From a candidate division WOR-3 bacterium (lineage in GTDB: Bacteria; Hydrothermota; Hydrothermia; JBDRYB01), in NCBI GenBank assembly GCA_039803205.1, contig JBDRYB010000015.1, positions 1-47,845 on the forward strand: DNA of 47,845 nt, given 5' to 3'. Both the position numbers and the translations under genes were made by a program. The first letter of the stretch is position 1; each line of letters starts with the position of its first letter. Shown here piece by piece: positions 1 through 9,332 of this stretch. The notes under the pieces were generated by a model that was not told the DNA's origin, made no database searches, and saw nothing but the letters and a program-made list of their open reading frames with translations.

Positions 1-1
1 C

Positions 2-418
2 CTCTCATATGACGTCAACATATCCAGGTTCTCCGAGATAAGGGTGGCAGTTGTATATTCCGGTAGGGAAAATGAGGATGTTGCGGATGGATTCATGGAG
101 GGCTTCGGGGGGCTCAAGAACAAGAATGTGAAAGGTATTCCTATATCGGCCACCAAGACAAAGACCGGATCTGACCTATCTGGATACCAGATAATCTACA
201 TAGCCTCTGACAAAACAAGCGTAGTGAACAAGGTTTTGACTAATAATAGCGGTGTCATAACCGTAACCCCTTATCCCAATATGGTCAATTTGGGCATCGT
301 GCTGGGCCTCGGAGAAAAGGACGGCAATCCGAAGATATGGGTCAACCTGAATGCCAGCAGGGCTGTTGGTTGCAACTTCTCGTCGGATTTCCTGAGGCTC
401 GCGGAGGTCGTTGAATAG
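2..418 (+). CDS. YfiR/HmsC-family (DUF4154-like) periplasmic regulator, 5'-truncated by the window edge
   Basis: Frame is open from position 2 (LSYDVNISRFSEIRVAVVY...). C-terminus GIVLGLGEKDGNPKIWVNLNASRAVGCNFSSDFLRLAEVV matches the YfiR pattern. It directly abuts a CHASE8-like/HAMP sensor gene, the usual YfiR context. Confidence 0.75.
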   Translation, partial: LSYDVNISRFSEIRVAVVYSGRENEDVADGFMEGFGGLKNKNVKGIPISATKTKTGSDLSGYQIIYIASDKTSVVNKVLTNNSGVITVTPYPNMVNLGIVLGLGEKDGNPKIWVNLNASRAVGCNFSSDFLRLAEVVE

Positions 419-1978
419 ATGAGGCTTTCCCTTCGCTGGAAGATAGCGGGAATCCTTCTCGGGGTTGTCCTCTTGGAGATAGCTGGGTTTTCGGTTTTAC
501 TCATAATGGGCGTGGGCCCACGGACCAAAAGGAGGCTTGCTGAAAAGGCTGAAGCGTTTGCCAGATTGCTTGAGCCGGGCGTGGCCGCTTCACTTGAGTT
601 CATGGACCCCGCTACCGCTCAGAGGGACCTTGAGGCCCTCAGGGGGGACAGGGATTTCCTGTATGCGGTTGTTCTTGACGGGGAGGGAAAAACATTTGCC
701 CAGCTCGGGGACACCTCTGCAAAGGGAACAAGATGGGAGGGCCCAGTTATCCGGGAAGGGGATACCATAGGAACAATAATCCTCCACCTCAACCCAGGCC
801 CAACAACACGGGAGGAGACATCAAGGGTTCTCTCCGCCGGCCTTCCCGCGGCCGGCCTTGGACTCTTCTTGGCTTTCCTGGCCTTGCTTTACATGGGCAG
901 ACTGATAGCTCCCGTGTCCCTCACCGCGCGCAGGCTTGAGGAAATAGCCGCGGGTGGCGCTGATCTCACCGCCAGGGTTCCTGTGCTTTCCTCAGATGAG
1001 GTTGGTCGGCTCGCGGCCGCCTTCAACCGTTTCGTGGAAAGCATATCCCAGTCAGTAAAGGATACCCTTTCAGCGGCCAAGGAACTCTCCGAGGTCGCGT
1101 CCAGGCTAGGGGCTTCGTCCGCCGCGGCATTGGAGAGACTGGAGGAATACCAGAAAGAGGTCGTGGAGAGCTCTCAGAAAGCCAGAGAGCAGGCCGCATC
1201 CCTGCGCAGGTTAGCAGAAAACGCTTTTCTCATGCAGGACCTGAGCCGTCAGGCGAGGGCCGCAGCATCTTCCACCTCCGATATGGCTCAGGAGGTCAGA
1301 AGATTATCTGAGGAGGGACGGAAGTCCTCCGAAGAGGGCTATCAGAGCCTTGATTCCGTCGTGATGGCCATAGAGCACCTCGTTGGGGTGATTGAGAATC
1401 TCAGAAAAGAAAGGGAAACCCTAATGGGAGCGGCTGAGGCGCTAAGAGGCTTGGCAAAGAGGGTCAGGACCCTCAGCATAAACGCTCGGATAGAATCCTC
1501 CTCAGGAAGGGTTAACCCGGAGAGCTTTGTCGTTATAGCAACTGAGGTCGATAGGTTTTCAGAGACCATAAGGGGCTTCACCGAGGTCGCTCTCTCGTCA
1601 ATTGAGCGTCTGGGTAGCGTAATGGAGAGGATAACCTCTTCCGGGGAAATGGCGAAGGAAGCGGTCAAATCAAGCGCCGAGGCGAGCATGAATGTTCTTC
1701 AATCCCTGGCTCGTATTCACGAGAAGGCAACTGCAGTGACAGACTCCATGGATAACCTGATGGAAAAGGCAGAGAAAAACATGGAAGCCACTGCGCAGAC
1801 AGCTAGCGGGGTCTCAACCGCGGAGGGCGCGGCTCAGGAGCTCTCCGCGGCCATCTTGGGAGTCATGGAACAGAGCGCTAGCTGGCAGAGGCTTCTGGAA
1901 GAGGTTAGGAAGTCATCAGAGGATCTACGGAGGCGCTCCGAGGAGCTGCAAGCCAGGTTCGGCGCTTTCAGGATCTAG
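419..1978 (+). CDS. Methyl-accepting chemotaxis-like receptor (TM, CHASE8-like sensor, TM, HAMP, degenerate MCP signalling domain)
   Basis: Two hydrophobic segments; HAMP (ADLTARVPVLSSDEVGRLAAAFNRFV); long heptad-rich region; MCP-tip-like TLSINARIE...FVVIATEV. Confidence 0.8.
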   Translation: MRLSLRWKIAGILLGVVLLEIAGFSVLLIMGVGPRTKRRLAEKAEAFARLLEPGVAASLEFMDPATAQRDLEALRGDRDFLYAVVLDGEGKTFAQLGDTSAKGTRWEGPVIREGDTIGTIILHLNPGPTTREETSRVLSAGLPAAGLGLFLAFLALLYMGRLIAPVSLTARRLEEIAAGGADLTARVPVLSSDEVGRLAAAFNRFVESISQSVKDTLSAAKELSEVASRLGASSAAALERLEEYQKEVVESSQKAREQAASLRRLAENAFLMQDLSRQARAAASSTSDMAQEVRRLSEEGRKSSEEGYQSLDSVVMAIEHLVGVIENLRKERETLMGAAEALRGLAKRVRTLSINARIESSSGRVNPESFVVIATEVDRFSETIRGFTEVALSSIERLGSVMERITSSGEMAKEAVKSSAEASMNVLQSLARIHEKATAVTDSMDNLMEKAEKNMEATAQTASGVSTAEGAAQELSAAILGVMEQSASWQRLLEEVRKSSEDLRRRSEELQARFGAFRI

Positions 1979-2907
1979 GGGGTTTTCTCAATCAGAGCAA
2001 AGTAGAACCCCTCATAATCAGGCTCATCCAAGGGATAAAGGCGCCTGGTGAGGGTTATGGATGGATGAAATGACTTGCCCTCCCATTCCGTGAGTCCGGG
2101 CGAGAGCGAGATGCCTTTGATCCTTATGTTGATAGCTCTGGCATTCGGCCTCTCCCTGAGCAGATAATCAATTATCCCCTCGTTTTCCTGGGGGGTTATC
2201 GTGCATGTTGAATAGAGAAGCCTGCCTCCGGGGGAGAGCGAGTCAAAAGCCGAAAGGATGAGCCTGCGCTGAACCCTAACGAGCATCGCCACGCGCTCCC
2301 AAGACCACCAGCGCATTACCTCAGGGTTTTTGTGCAGGGTTCCGATGCCGGAGCACGGCGCGTCCAGGAGAACCCTGTCAAAGAAACTGGGATAAAGTTT
2401 AGCGATTCTAGCCCCATCAACCGAGCATGTCGCGACATTCAAACATCCGAGCCTGTCAATGGCACCATGCAGGGCCTTTAGCCTCTGTCTATCCGGATCA
2501 TTCGCGAGGATAAGCCCTCGGTTCTCCATTAGCGCGCTCATCTGGGTTGTCTTTGAGCCGGGGGCCGCGGCGAGGTCAAGGACCCTTTCGCCCGGCTGGG
2601 GGCCCAGGATCACCGGCGGGATCATGGACGACGGCTCCTGGATGTAGATGAGGCCAGCCGCGTGTTCAATGCTCCTGCCCATCTCGCCGGGGTGATAATC
2701 AACGCGGAATCCAGGCTCGTAAAAGGGCAAAGGGGTTAGGCGGAAACCTCTCTCAAGAAGCATGTCCCTCCCTTCCCTCACACCGATCCGCAGGGTGTTG
2801 ATCCTGAGACCTGGCCTCTTTGGTTTCATCAGGGCATCAAGGTAATCTCTCGCTAGCTGGCCAAAGAGGTTATCAAAAAATTCCAAAAGCTCCCGGTTCT
2901 CGGGCAC
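1975..2907 (-). CDS. RsmF/NOP2-Sun family RNA m5C methyltransferase
   Basis: Motifs YIQEPSSMIP, VLDLAAAPGSKT, DRVLLDAPCSG and YSTCT..PQENE. GTG start. Confidence 0.93.
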   Translation of the reverse strand: MPENRELLEFFDNLFGQLARDYLDALMKPKRPGLRINTLRIGVREGRDMLLERGFRLTPLPFYEPGFRVDYHPGEMGRSIEHAAGLIYIQEPSSMIPPVILGPQPGERVLDLAAAPGSKTTQMSALMENRGLILANDPDRQRLKALHGAIDRLGCLNVATCSVDGARIAKLYPSFFDRVLLDAPCSGIGTLHKNPEVMRWWSWERVAMLVRVQRRLILSAFDSLSPGGRLLYSTCTITPQENEGIIDYLLRERPNARAINIRIKGISLSPGLTEWEGKSFHPSITLTRRLYPLDEPDYEGFYFALIEKTP

Positions 2908-2933
2908 GGGGAAATATTACTGGATCAGCCTCG

Positions 2934-2969
2934 TTGAATGAAACCAGGCGGGGGCCATAAGCTTTGACC
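2934..2969 (+). promoter_or_regulatory. Putative sigma70-type leaderless promoter for the DUF2079 gene
   Basis: TTGAAT (2934-2939), N18, TAAGCT (2958-2963), N6, ATG (2970). No Shine-Dalgarno. Confidence 0.55.
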
Positions 2970-4559
2970 ATGTTCAGGTCATCCGGATCCAAGAAGGCAC
3001 TGACAATAGCGAGTAGGGTCGCTGGATGGGGGCTTATGGCTCTGGCCGCGGCATGGTTTCTTTACTGCGTGATCCGCGGGGGATACTTTGTTTTCGGCAG
3101 TGATACGGAAATAAACCTGCGAGATCCTTTTCTGATAATCACCAAAACCCTGGCCTTGGTTCTCCTGGCCCTGCTTTTCCTGGGGAAAAAGGAATGCATA
3201 GTGCCCCTTCTTAGGTTTGCTGGAACAAAGGCGGGCATGTGGAGTCTGACGGGGATAACGGCTTTAGCTTTCGTTATCATTACCCTGCTTAGATTCTATC
3301 TTTTCTACGACCACGCCAACGATATGGCGCTTTTCGATCACTATCTCTACAATCTCTCCCATGGTTTCAGGACCATGTGTTTTGCAAATTACCCAAAGAA
3401 CATCTTCAGCGATCACATATGGCTTCTGTTCTACCCATATTCCCTCGTATACAGGCTCGGAGGCATCTATGGTGTGATGATCGTGCACAAGGTTCTACTC
3501 GCGGGAATAATACCCCTTTCGTTCCTCCTGGCCAAGTCTCTTAGATGGGAACAAGAGAGGATTGGCTTCCTCGTGATCATTGTGGCTATTGTCCCACGGT
3601 TCTTGTCTACAGGAGTGGGAACCTTGTATCTTGAGACCATGTTTTTTCCCCTTGGTATAGCCGCGCTATGGGCATTCTGGTCAAGGAGGTGGCTCTGGCT
3701 CGTTCTCGTGAGCCTTTTTATGCTCGGTCTTAGGGAGGATGGGGGCCTGGTTCTGGGATTCATCTCTATCTATTTCGCGCTCTCCAGAAAAAACTGGAAA
3801 TGGCTCGTTCTGGCGGGAGCGAGCTTCCTTATCTCTTTGGCGCTTATCCAATGGCAAACAACCCTCCCTGGCTTTGCGGCATCCAGGCTGTATGTGCGTT
3901 ATGGCATAAAATCCCTCACGGATTTTTCGGGTTTGCTCAGGCTGACTGTCAAACCTTTCGGTCCAAAGGCCATAGCCGGTTTCGTCCTTTTATGCCTCGG
4001 TTTTGGGTTTCTTCCTTTTCTCTCCTGGCGTGGCATCCTATCTTCTTATTTATCGGCCATGCCTAACCTAGCGAGCAAATTCATTAATCAGGCTACTCTT
4101 AGGGGCTACTACGGAAACTTCGTTTATCCCCTACTCTTCGCTGGCGTGGTTGAGACCATACCGAAGCTGAGTCAGAGCAGCTTCCGGACGCACGCCAGTA
4201 TCGCGCTTGCGTTGGCATTATTATTAGGACCCAGAGAGTTCTCGCGCCGTTTTGATAGGAACTACTTCGAATCTGCAACTCGGGCCATCTCCCTGGTTCC
4301 GAGAAACGCCCCTGTTGCTTCTACATCATCAGTGGGGAGCAAGCTGGGTGCCAGAGACACAATTTACATCCTGACCAACTTTGAGGTAGATTCGCAATCC
4401 AGGAGGCTGGAAAAAGCCCCGTTCGTGATAATTGAGGAAACCGATGTCTATTACAGGCATCACTGGCAAAGGGCTCTTGATTACCTGAAAAGCAGCGGCT
4501 ACACTGAACAGTTTTCCGGCGGAGGGGTTCACCTCTTGGTCAGAAAGCAAAATCCCTGA
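2970..4559 (+). CDS. DUF2079-like multi-TM membrane protein, probable GT-C fold glycosyltransferase
   Basis: Many TM segments. DMALFDHYLYNL...IFSDHIWLL loop, LGLRED motif and a soluble C-terminal LVPRNAPVAST segment are typical of DUF2079. Start moved to ATG 2970. Confidence 0.7.
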   Translation: MFRSSGSKKALTIASRVAGWGLMALAAAWFLYCVIRGGYFVFGSDTEINLRDPFLIITKTLALVLLALLFLGKKECIVPLLRFAGTKAGMWSLTGITALAFVIITLLRFYLFYDHANDMALFDHYLYNLSHGFRTMCFANYPKNIFSDHIWLLFYPYSLVYRLGGIYGVMIVHKVLLAGIIPLSFLLAKSLRWEQERIGFLVIIVAIVPRFLSTGVGTLYLETMFFPLGIAALWAFWSRRWLWLVLVSLFMLGLREDGGLVLGFISIYFALSRKNWKWLVLAGASFLISLALIQWQTTLPGFAASRLYVRYGIKSLTDFSGLLRLTVKPFGPKAIAGFVLLCLGFGFLPFLSWRGILSSYLSAMPNLASKFINQATLRGYYGNFVYPLLFAGVVETIPKLSQSSFRTHASIALALALLLGPREFSRRFDRNYFESATRAISLVPRNAPVASTSSVGSKLGARDTIYILTNFEVDSQSRRLEKAPFVIIEETDVYYRHHWQRALDYLKSSGYTEQFSGGGVHLLVRKQNP

Positions 4560-4583
4560 ATCCCTCGTCCGGGGCCGATTTCC

Positions 4584-4608
4584 AAAGTCCTTGCCGGGCC
4601 AGAACTTA
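4584..4608. repeat. Intergenic 25-bp imperfect palindrome AAAGT-N15-ACTTA
   Basis: AAAGTccttgccgggccagaACTTA; the same motif occurs at 13669, 13699, 44067, 47740 and 47769. Confidence 0.6.
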
Positions 4609-4610
4609 GC

Positions 4611-4646
4611 TTGACACAGGCTGAGCCCATAGGTTAAAATTTGGGA
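4611..4646 (+). promoter_or_regulatory. Putative leaderless promoter of the DNA methyltransferase
   Basis: TTGACA (4611-4616), N18, TAAAAT (4635-4640), N6, GTG (4647). Confidence 0.65.
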
Positions 4647-5495
4647 GTGACTCAGCACAGGGTTATTTTCGGAAACTCCCGAGAGATGCCGGAGCTCGCG
4701 GACGAGAGCATTCAGCTAATCATCACATCCCCCCCTTACTTCAACGCGCCGTTTGATTACCAAGGGCTTTTCCCAAGCTACGAGGCTTACCTTGAGCTCA
4801 TAAGGGATTTTGCGAGGGAGTCAATGCGCGTCCTTGAACGGGGCAGGGTTGTCGCTATAAACACGGATGACATGCTTATTGAGGGAAAACGCTATCCAAT
4901 AGTCGCTGACACCACGAGGATATTCATTGACCAGGGCTTTGATTACAGGGACAGGATAACCTGGAAGAAGCCAGAGGGCTACATCCGAATATCGCGCAGG
5001 AGCGGGGTTCTTCTCCAACATCCCTGGCCCATGTATTACTATCCGGACAACATCCAGGAATCCATACTCATATTCCAGAAAGGGAAACCGGACTATAAGG
5101 CGCTGAGAGCAAAAAGGGACGAGGATGACCCCATTGAGAAGGAGGAGTATCTGGGGGGCAAATGGTATCTCAATCTCTGGGAGATAACCAACCGGTTGCC
5201 CAACCAGACAGGGGGCTGGAAAGCAGAAGAGTATCCTGCGGCTTTTCCGGACGAGCTCGCCTACAGGCTCATAAGATTGTTTTCATACAAAGGCGAGACC
5301 GTGCTCGATCCTTTCTTGGGAAGTGGGACCACGAGCCGGGTCGCGGCCGCCCTCGGAAGGAACTCCGTTGGCTACGAGATCATGAGGAACCTTAAGGGGC
5401 TTATAGAGCAGAGGATACGAGAGGCGGCTCCGGACGCTTTGGTGGAGTTTTGGGACAGGGCCAAGGTTCTAACCCAAGAATTTCCAACTAATTAA
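4647..5495 (+). CDS. Site-specific amino-DNA methyltransferase (N4/N6 family, beta-class motif order), orphan
   Basis: Catalytic ITSPPY near the N-terminus; SAM-binding VLDPFLGSGTT near the C-terminus; YPAAFPDELAYRLI. No adjacent endonuclease-like gene. Confidence 0.9.
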   Translation: MTQHRVIFGNSREMPELADESIQLIITSPPYFNAPFDYQGLFPSYEAYLELIRDFARESMRVLERGRVVAINTDDMLIEGKRYPIVADTTRIFIDQGFDYRDRITWKKPEGYIRISRRSGVLLQHPWPMYYYPDNIQESILIFQKGKPDYKALRAKRDEDDPIEKEEYLGGKWYLNLWEITNRLPNQTGGWKAEEYPAAFPDELAYRLIRLFSYKGETVLDPFLGSGTTSRVAAALGRNSVGYEIMRNLKGLIEQRIREAAPDALVEFWDRAKVLTQEFPTN

Positions 5496-5500
5496 AACAT

Positions 5501-6262
5501 CTATCGTTCATTCCATCTTTCCCGTAAGACTTTCCTCAGGATGCCAAAACTGATTCTCATCCCAAAAGAGAGATCTGCGCCAACAAGTTTCAAGTAATCC
5601 CTTCCGGACGGGTTCTTCTCCCTTTTGCACGTGAAGCTTGTTTCGGCCGTTAAGGCACCGTAGTCTCCTTTGCTTTTGGTCCCTATAACAGAGAAACCCA
5701 GAGTTCCACCAAACCGCGCGTCGTCTATAGGGTCATGAGTGTAAAAGAGGCTGTAATAATATCTTCCTCGTCCGTAAAGCTCATAGTAAAGCTCATATTT
5801 TTTCCAAACATATCCTACTGTGAACCCAGGGTATACGAACCTATTGTGGTAGTTCACTTCGCTCATTGATTCGAAGCGGGTATCCCACGAGAGACCCATC
5901 CCCAAATCTCCAGTAAAAACCCAATAGGGGAGTTTTCTCTTGGTGTTGCTCCTTAACAAACAGGCCCGCAGATCACCACCCAAATAAGAGAGGCCCGCCC
6001 TTATGCTCACATCCCCCAAATTCCACAATCCATATCCAACCCGTAACATAAGGGGCAGATAACTGGTGAGCGCGGTCGCTGAATCGTCATAACTATGCAG
6101 TCCAAAATTTGTAATGATGGTCGTTTCAAGAGTTCCTCCCCTTATCACTTCAGCGCCGCCGCATGTGGAATATGTAGCACAGCCTATCAGAGAACAAAGG
6201 ATGAACGGAAACCCCAAAGAGATAACTCCAAACAATCTATGACGCCATATCATCTGTTTCAT
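5501..6262 (-). CDS. Hypothetical lipoprotein, possibly an outer-membrane beta-rich protein
   Basis: GGAGG 8 nt upstream of ATG; signal peptide with lipobox-like LIGC; amphipathic strands rich in Gly, Tyr and Phe. Confidence 0.6.
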   Translation of the reverse strand: MKQMIWRHRLFGVISLGFPFILCSLIGCATYSTCGGAEVIRGGTLETTIITNFGLHSYDDSATALTSYLPLMLRVGYGLWNLGDVSIRAGLSYLGGDLRACLLRSNTKRKLPYWVFTGDLGMGLSWDTRFESMSEVNYHNRFVYPGFTVGYVWKKYELYYELYGRGRYYYSLFYTHDPIDDARFGGTLGFSVIGTKSKGDYGALTAETSFTCKREKNPSGRDYLKLVGADLSFGMRISFGILRKVLRERWNER

Positions 6263-6402
6263 TCTTATATCCTCCAGCCATCCAGAAATTTTAGCCCGAG
6301 CTTATCTTCTGATTCAAATTCAGCAATTACCATCCAAAAGCAAATCTCATAAATCTTTGGCTTGACGGAGAAGTTTTTCGTGAGATCTTAGAAGACAGCG
6401 CT

Positions 6403-7260
6403 CTATTGCTGACCCTTTGCCTTTCTTATCTCCTTAAAGAAGTTCCCGGCGGCCTGCTCGGTGGCGTATACCCTGTCCATGCCCCCACCCCTTGCCCTGC
6501 ATGTATAGAGTATCTCGCCGGTTTCAACCGAGACTATCCTTCCAGAGAGGGTTATCTCCCAGCTCTCATATTCAGGGTCATACCGATCCGAAGCCTGGCT
6601 TATGAGAACAGCATCCGCTCCCATTAACTTTCCCAGCTGAGCGGCTTTAGTAGGATCCACGACCCCCGAATAGCTGAACTCCTGCTCCTTGAGGATCTCC
6701 TCAACCTTTGAGCGTTCAACAGCCGAGAAGCCAGCCTTCATCCCCTCGCGGTTCATCGCGTCCATCAGGTAGGATGAGGGGTCATCCTTCTGTGCTGGTT
6801 GCTCTAGCCTTGTTCTGGAATCAACTGTTATACTGCCTCGCTGAGCTTTGAGGACGAGCCTTTCTCCTTTTCCTATGTAAAACCTCCCTTCTGCCAGAGC
6901 GTCGCCCATGAAGGCCATCACCTTGACAGAGTGAGAGCCAGGAGGGATGTTCTTTGTGGTGAAGCGGTCTTCGGTCCAGCTCATTGAACCGACCTCTTTC
7001 CCATCAATGAAGACCTCGTTGGGCTGTTCATCAGAGTCGCCGGCCTCGTAGTAGATTTCAAGTATATTGGCGTATTCCTGCTGGGTTGATGAGTATTCTG
7101 GCGGCAAGACGGCAAGACGGTATGTTCTGGAGAGGTCAAAGTTGGGGGATATGGTCGCGGTTGCCTGATATTCCTCTATGGCCTTTACCATCGCGGGAGG
7201 CACGCAAGAGGAAAGTCCAAGGACACCCATTAGGCTTGCTGATAAAATGAACCTTTTCAT
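6403..7260 (-). CDS. CsgG/HfaB-like lipoprotein with an inserted PEGA-like domain
   Basis: MKRFILSASLMGVLGLSSC lipobox; PEGA-like EVFIDGKEVG...IPPGSHSVKV; CsgG-like AVERSKVEEILKEQ...DPTKAAQLGKLMGADAVLI. Start moved to ATG 7260. Confidence 0.75.
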   Translation of the reverse strand: MKRFILSASLMGVLGLSSCVPPAMVKAIEEYQATATISPNFDLSRTYRLAVLPPEYSSTQQEYANILEIYYEAGDSDEQPNEVFIDGKEVGSMSWTEDRFTTKNIPPGSHSVKVMAFMGDALAEGRFYIGKGERLVLKAQRGSITVDSRTRLEQPAQKDDPSSYLMDAMNREGMKAGFSAVERSKVEEILKEQEFSYSGVVDPTKAAQLGKLMGADAVLISQASDRYDPEYESWEITLSGRIVSVETGEILYTCRARGGGMDRVYATEQAAGNFFKEIRKAKGQQ

Positions 7261-7311
7261 AAGCGTTAGATTATAATTGACCCCGAAGGCCATAAGAAAG
7301 TTCCGCGCGGT

Positions 7312-7350
7312 TTGCACCATTTCCTTCTTCGGGTTTATACTTGCTGGGCC
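7312..7350 (+). promoter_or_regulatory. Putative promoter with a very short leader
   Basis: TTGCAC (7312-7317), N18, TATACT (7336-7341), N9, ATG (7351). Confidence 0.55.
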
Positions 7351-7758
7351 ATGCTTGAACTTCTTGCTTTGGTTTTGACAGTGGAAGGGTGGACAACCCA
7401 GTCCACCACAATGGCCGTCTCAGAGAAAGACGGCATCGCGAGCATATCTGGAGTAGGTTCCTGCTACATAGACCTCACATCCCAAGCTCTTCCATCACAG
7501 ATAAACGGGGTCTCTTTCATGGTTAAAGGCAAGGGAACTGCAAGAGCCAGGCTAATGATGGACACAAAAGGAACCACATATGCCCTTGTAGTGGGGTTCA
7601 CGGCAGGAGATGAAGAGACCTCTGTGTTTCTGCCGAAAGCAAACGCGAAGCCCATATCCCTGAGGCCTATCGTGGAGGGAATGCCCGAGCGCATGAAGCT
7701 GTTCATAGATGCCGATGAACCGATTGAGATTCAAATACGGGGGATAGAGACATGGTGA
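7351..7758 (+). CDS. Small secreted beta-sandwich protein, possibly CIA30/CBM11-like
   Basis: Short hydrophobic N-terminus; NGVSFMVKGKG segment resembles galactose-binding-like domains; overlaps the start of the next gene. Confidence 0.55.
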   Translation: MLELLALVLTVEGWTTQSTTMAVSEKDGIASISGVGSCYIDLTSQALPSQINGVSFMVKGKGTARARLMMDTKGTTYALVVGFTAGDEETSVFLPKANAKPISLRPIVEGMPERMKLFIDADEPIEIQIRGIETW

Positions 7759-9221
7759 GCCTCGCGCTTTTACTCTTTGCTGACTGGCCATGGTCAACGG
7801 ACATCAGGGTTGATGATGCTACGGGTTCGTCCTCCCAGAACGAGACCACATTCTCGCCCTTCGGCGGCGGCTGGAACGATATAAGAACCGGGGGCTGGCG
7901 TTACGGGTTCTCCGGCTCCACAGACCAGGGCGAAACATGGAGCGCAAACCAGCAACACCACTATACATCTGGGGTTGCGTATGATGGCGATCCCGTTATT
8001 GGCACGGACAGATACGGCAGGCTTCACGAGATCATAATGAACTTTGATTATAACTACACTGGCCATATTGTTCACCGGTCTTCAACGGATATGGGAGCGA
8101 GCTGGAGCCCTTTCCACATGGTCTCGGACGGATCGCCTGCTGGCCTGAAGGACAAGCCCTGGTTCACATTCAGCGTCTCAACCGACACCCTTTACGCGGT
8201 TTATAACCTGATAGATGCATACCCTGAGGGCATAAATGTCTCTAGGAGCACGGATAACGGGGTGAACTGGACCCGCCAGCATGTATCGGGTTCCACATAC
8301 GCTTCAATGCCCTTTGTCGCGGTGGATCAAGCGAGCAATGTCTATGTGATATGGCTGGATTATTACCAAGAACGCTATTACATGGCCGTTTCCACCAACG
8401 GAGGCGTCTCATATTCCTCGCCAAAACCAGGACCGGATTGCTACTTCAACTACGACAACTACAGGGCTTATCCGGTTCCGTGGATCATGGCTGGGCCGCC
8501 TGGCCATGTCTATTTCGTCTGGCTGGATGAGCGCTATTCCACTACATACGAGTGGGATGTTGCGTTCTCGCGAAGCACGGACTACGGGAACACTTGGTCA
8601 ACCCCCATTGCCATAAACGCCCAGTTGGGCTACGGCCACAAGTGCCTCGTTCCATCGCTTGCCCTCACCCCTCAAGGTGACCTCGTTGCGGTTTGGGCTC
8701 AGAGGCTTTCGTCAGGGAACTTCATGCTTGCCTACGCGCATTCCCAGGATGAAGGCGCGACCTGGCATATAACCCCATCAGCAACAGGAAGGGTCTCAGA
8801 TACGGATTTCCCCGTGTCCTTCAGCCAGGGCATGCAGATGGGGGATTACATGACCGTCTACGCGGACGCACAATATGTCTACGCGCTCTGGGCTGATGAC
8901 AGGACAACAGGGGACTACAAGATATATTTCTCAAAGGCCAAGATAACTGACCTCATTCCCACCAGCGTGAGGGAGGAGGCCGCTAGGCGAGGAATGGGAA
9001 TAAGGCAGACCGCGGGCGGATTCCTCCTAAGCCTTGAAGGGAGATCGGATGTGAGCGTTGAGATATACGACCCAGCTGGCCGATTGGTCTCAGAGGTTTT
9101 CAAGGGAGTGCTTGAACCAGGCGAGCACTCCTTCACATGGCCGTCCCTAAAACAAGGGGTATATCTCGCTACGATTCAGATAGGGGAAAGGAGGACGAGC
9201 CTGAAGTTCACGGCCAGGTGA
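7752..9221 (+). CDS. Secreted Asp-box (BNR) beta-propeller, sialidase-like, with a T9SS type A / FlgD-Ig-like C-terminal domain
   Basis: Six Asp-boxes (STDQGETW, STDMGASW, STDNGVNW, STNGGVSY, STDYGNTW, SQDEGATW). C-terminus VEIYDPAGRLV...GEHSFTW...GVYLATI...SLKF. Confidence 0.85.
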   Translation: MVSLALLLFADWPWSTDIRVDDATGSSSQNETTFSPFGGGWNDIRTGGWRYGFSGSTDQGETWSANQQHHYTSGVAYDGDPVIGTDRYGRLHEIIMNFDYNYTGHIVHRSSTDMGASWSPFHMVSDGSPAGLKDKPWFTFSVSTDTLYAVYNLIDAYPEGINVSRSTDNGVNWTRQHVSGSTYASMPFVAVDQASNVYVIWLDYYQERYYMAVSTNGGVSYSSPKPGPDCYFNYDNYRAYPVPWIMAGPPGHVYFVWLDERYSTTYEWDVAFSRSTDYGNTWSTPIAINAQLGYGHKCLVPSLALTPQGDLVAVWAQRLSSGNFMLAYAHSQDEGATWHITPSATGRVSDTDFPVSFSQGMQMGDYMTVYADAQYVYALWADDRTTGDYKIYFSKAKITDLIPTSVREEAARRGMGIRQTAGGFLLSLEGRSDVSVEIYDPAGRLVSEVFKGVLEPGEHSFTWPSLKQGVYLATIQIGERRTSLKFTAR

Positions 9222-9332
9222 TACCAAAAACGAAACGAGTTTTACCCCGTTGCCTTGCTTTATAATTTTCACACGAATAAAAACCTGGAAACAACTGGTG
9301 GACCTCCGGGGTCAAAACAACGAGGTAAGACC

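Noticed and set aside
6263..6402. Possible small minus-strand ORF or gene remnant (…MVIAEFESEDKLGLKFLDGWRI)
   Set aside because: Very short, no recognisable motif and no clear RBS; cannot be supported.
9267..9332. 5' leader with a small GACC/GGTC hairpin, considered as a c-di-GMP riboswitch
   Set aside because: Too short and lacks the conserved two-stem GEMM or class II features.
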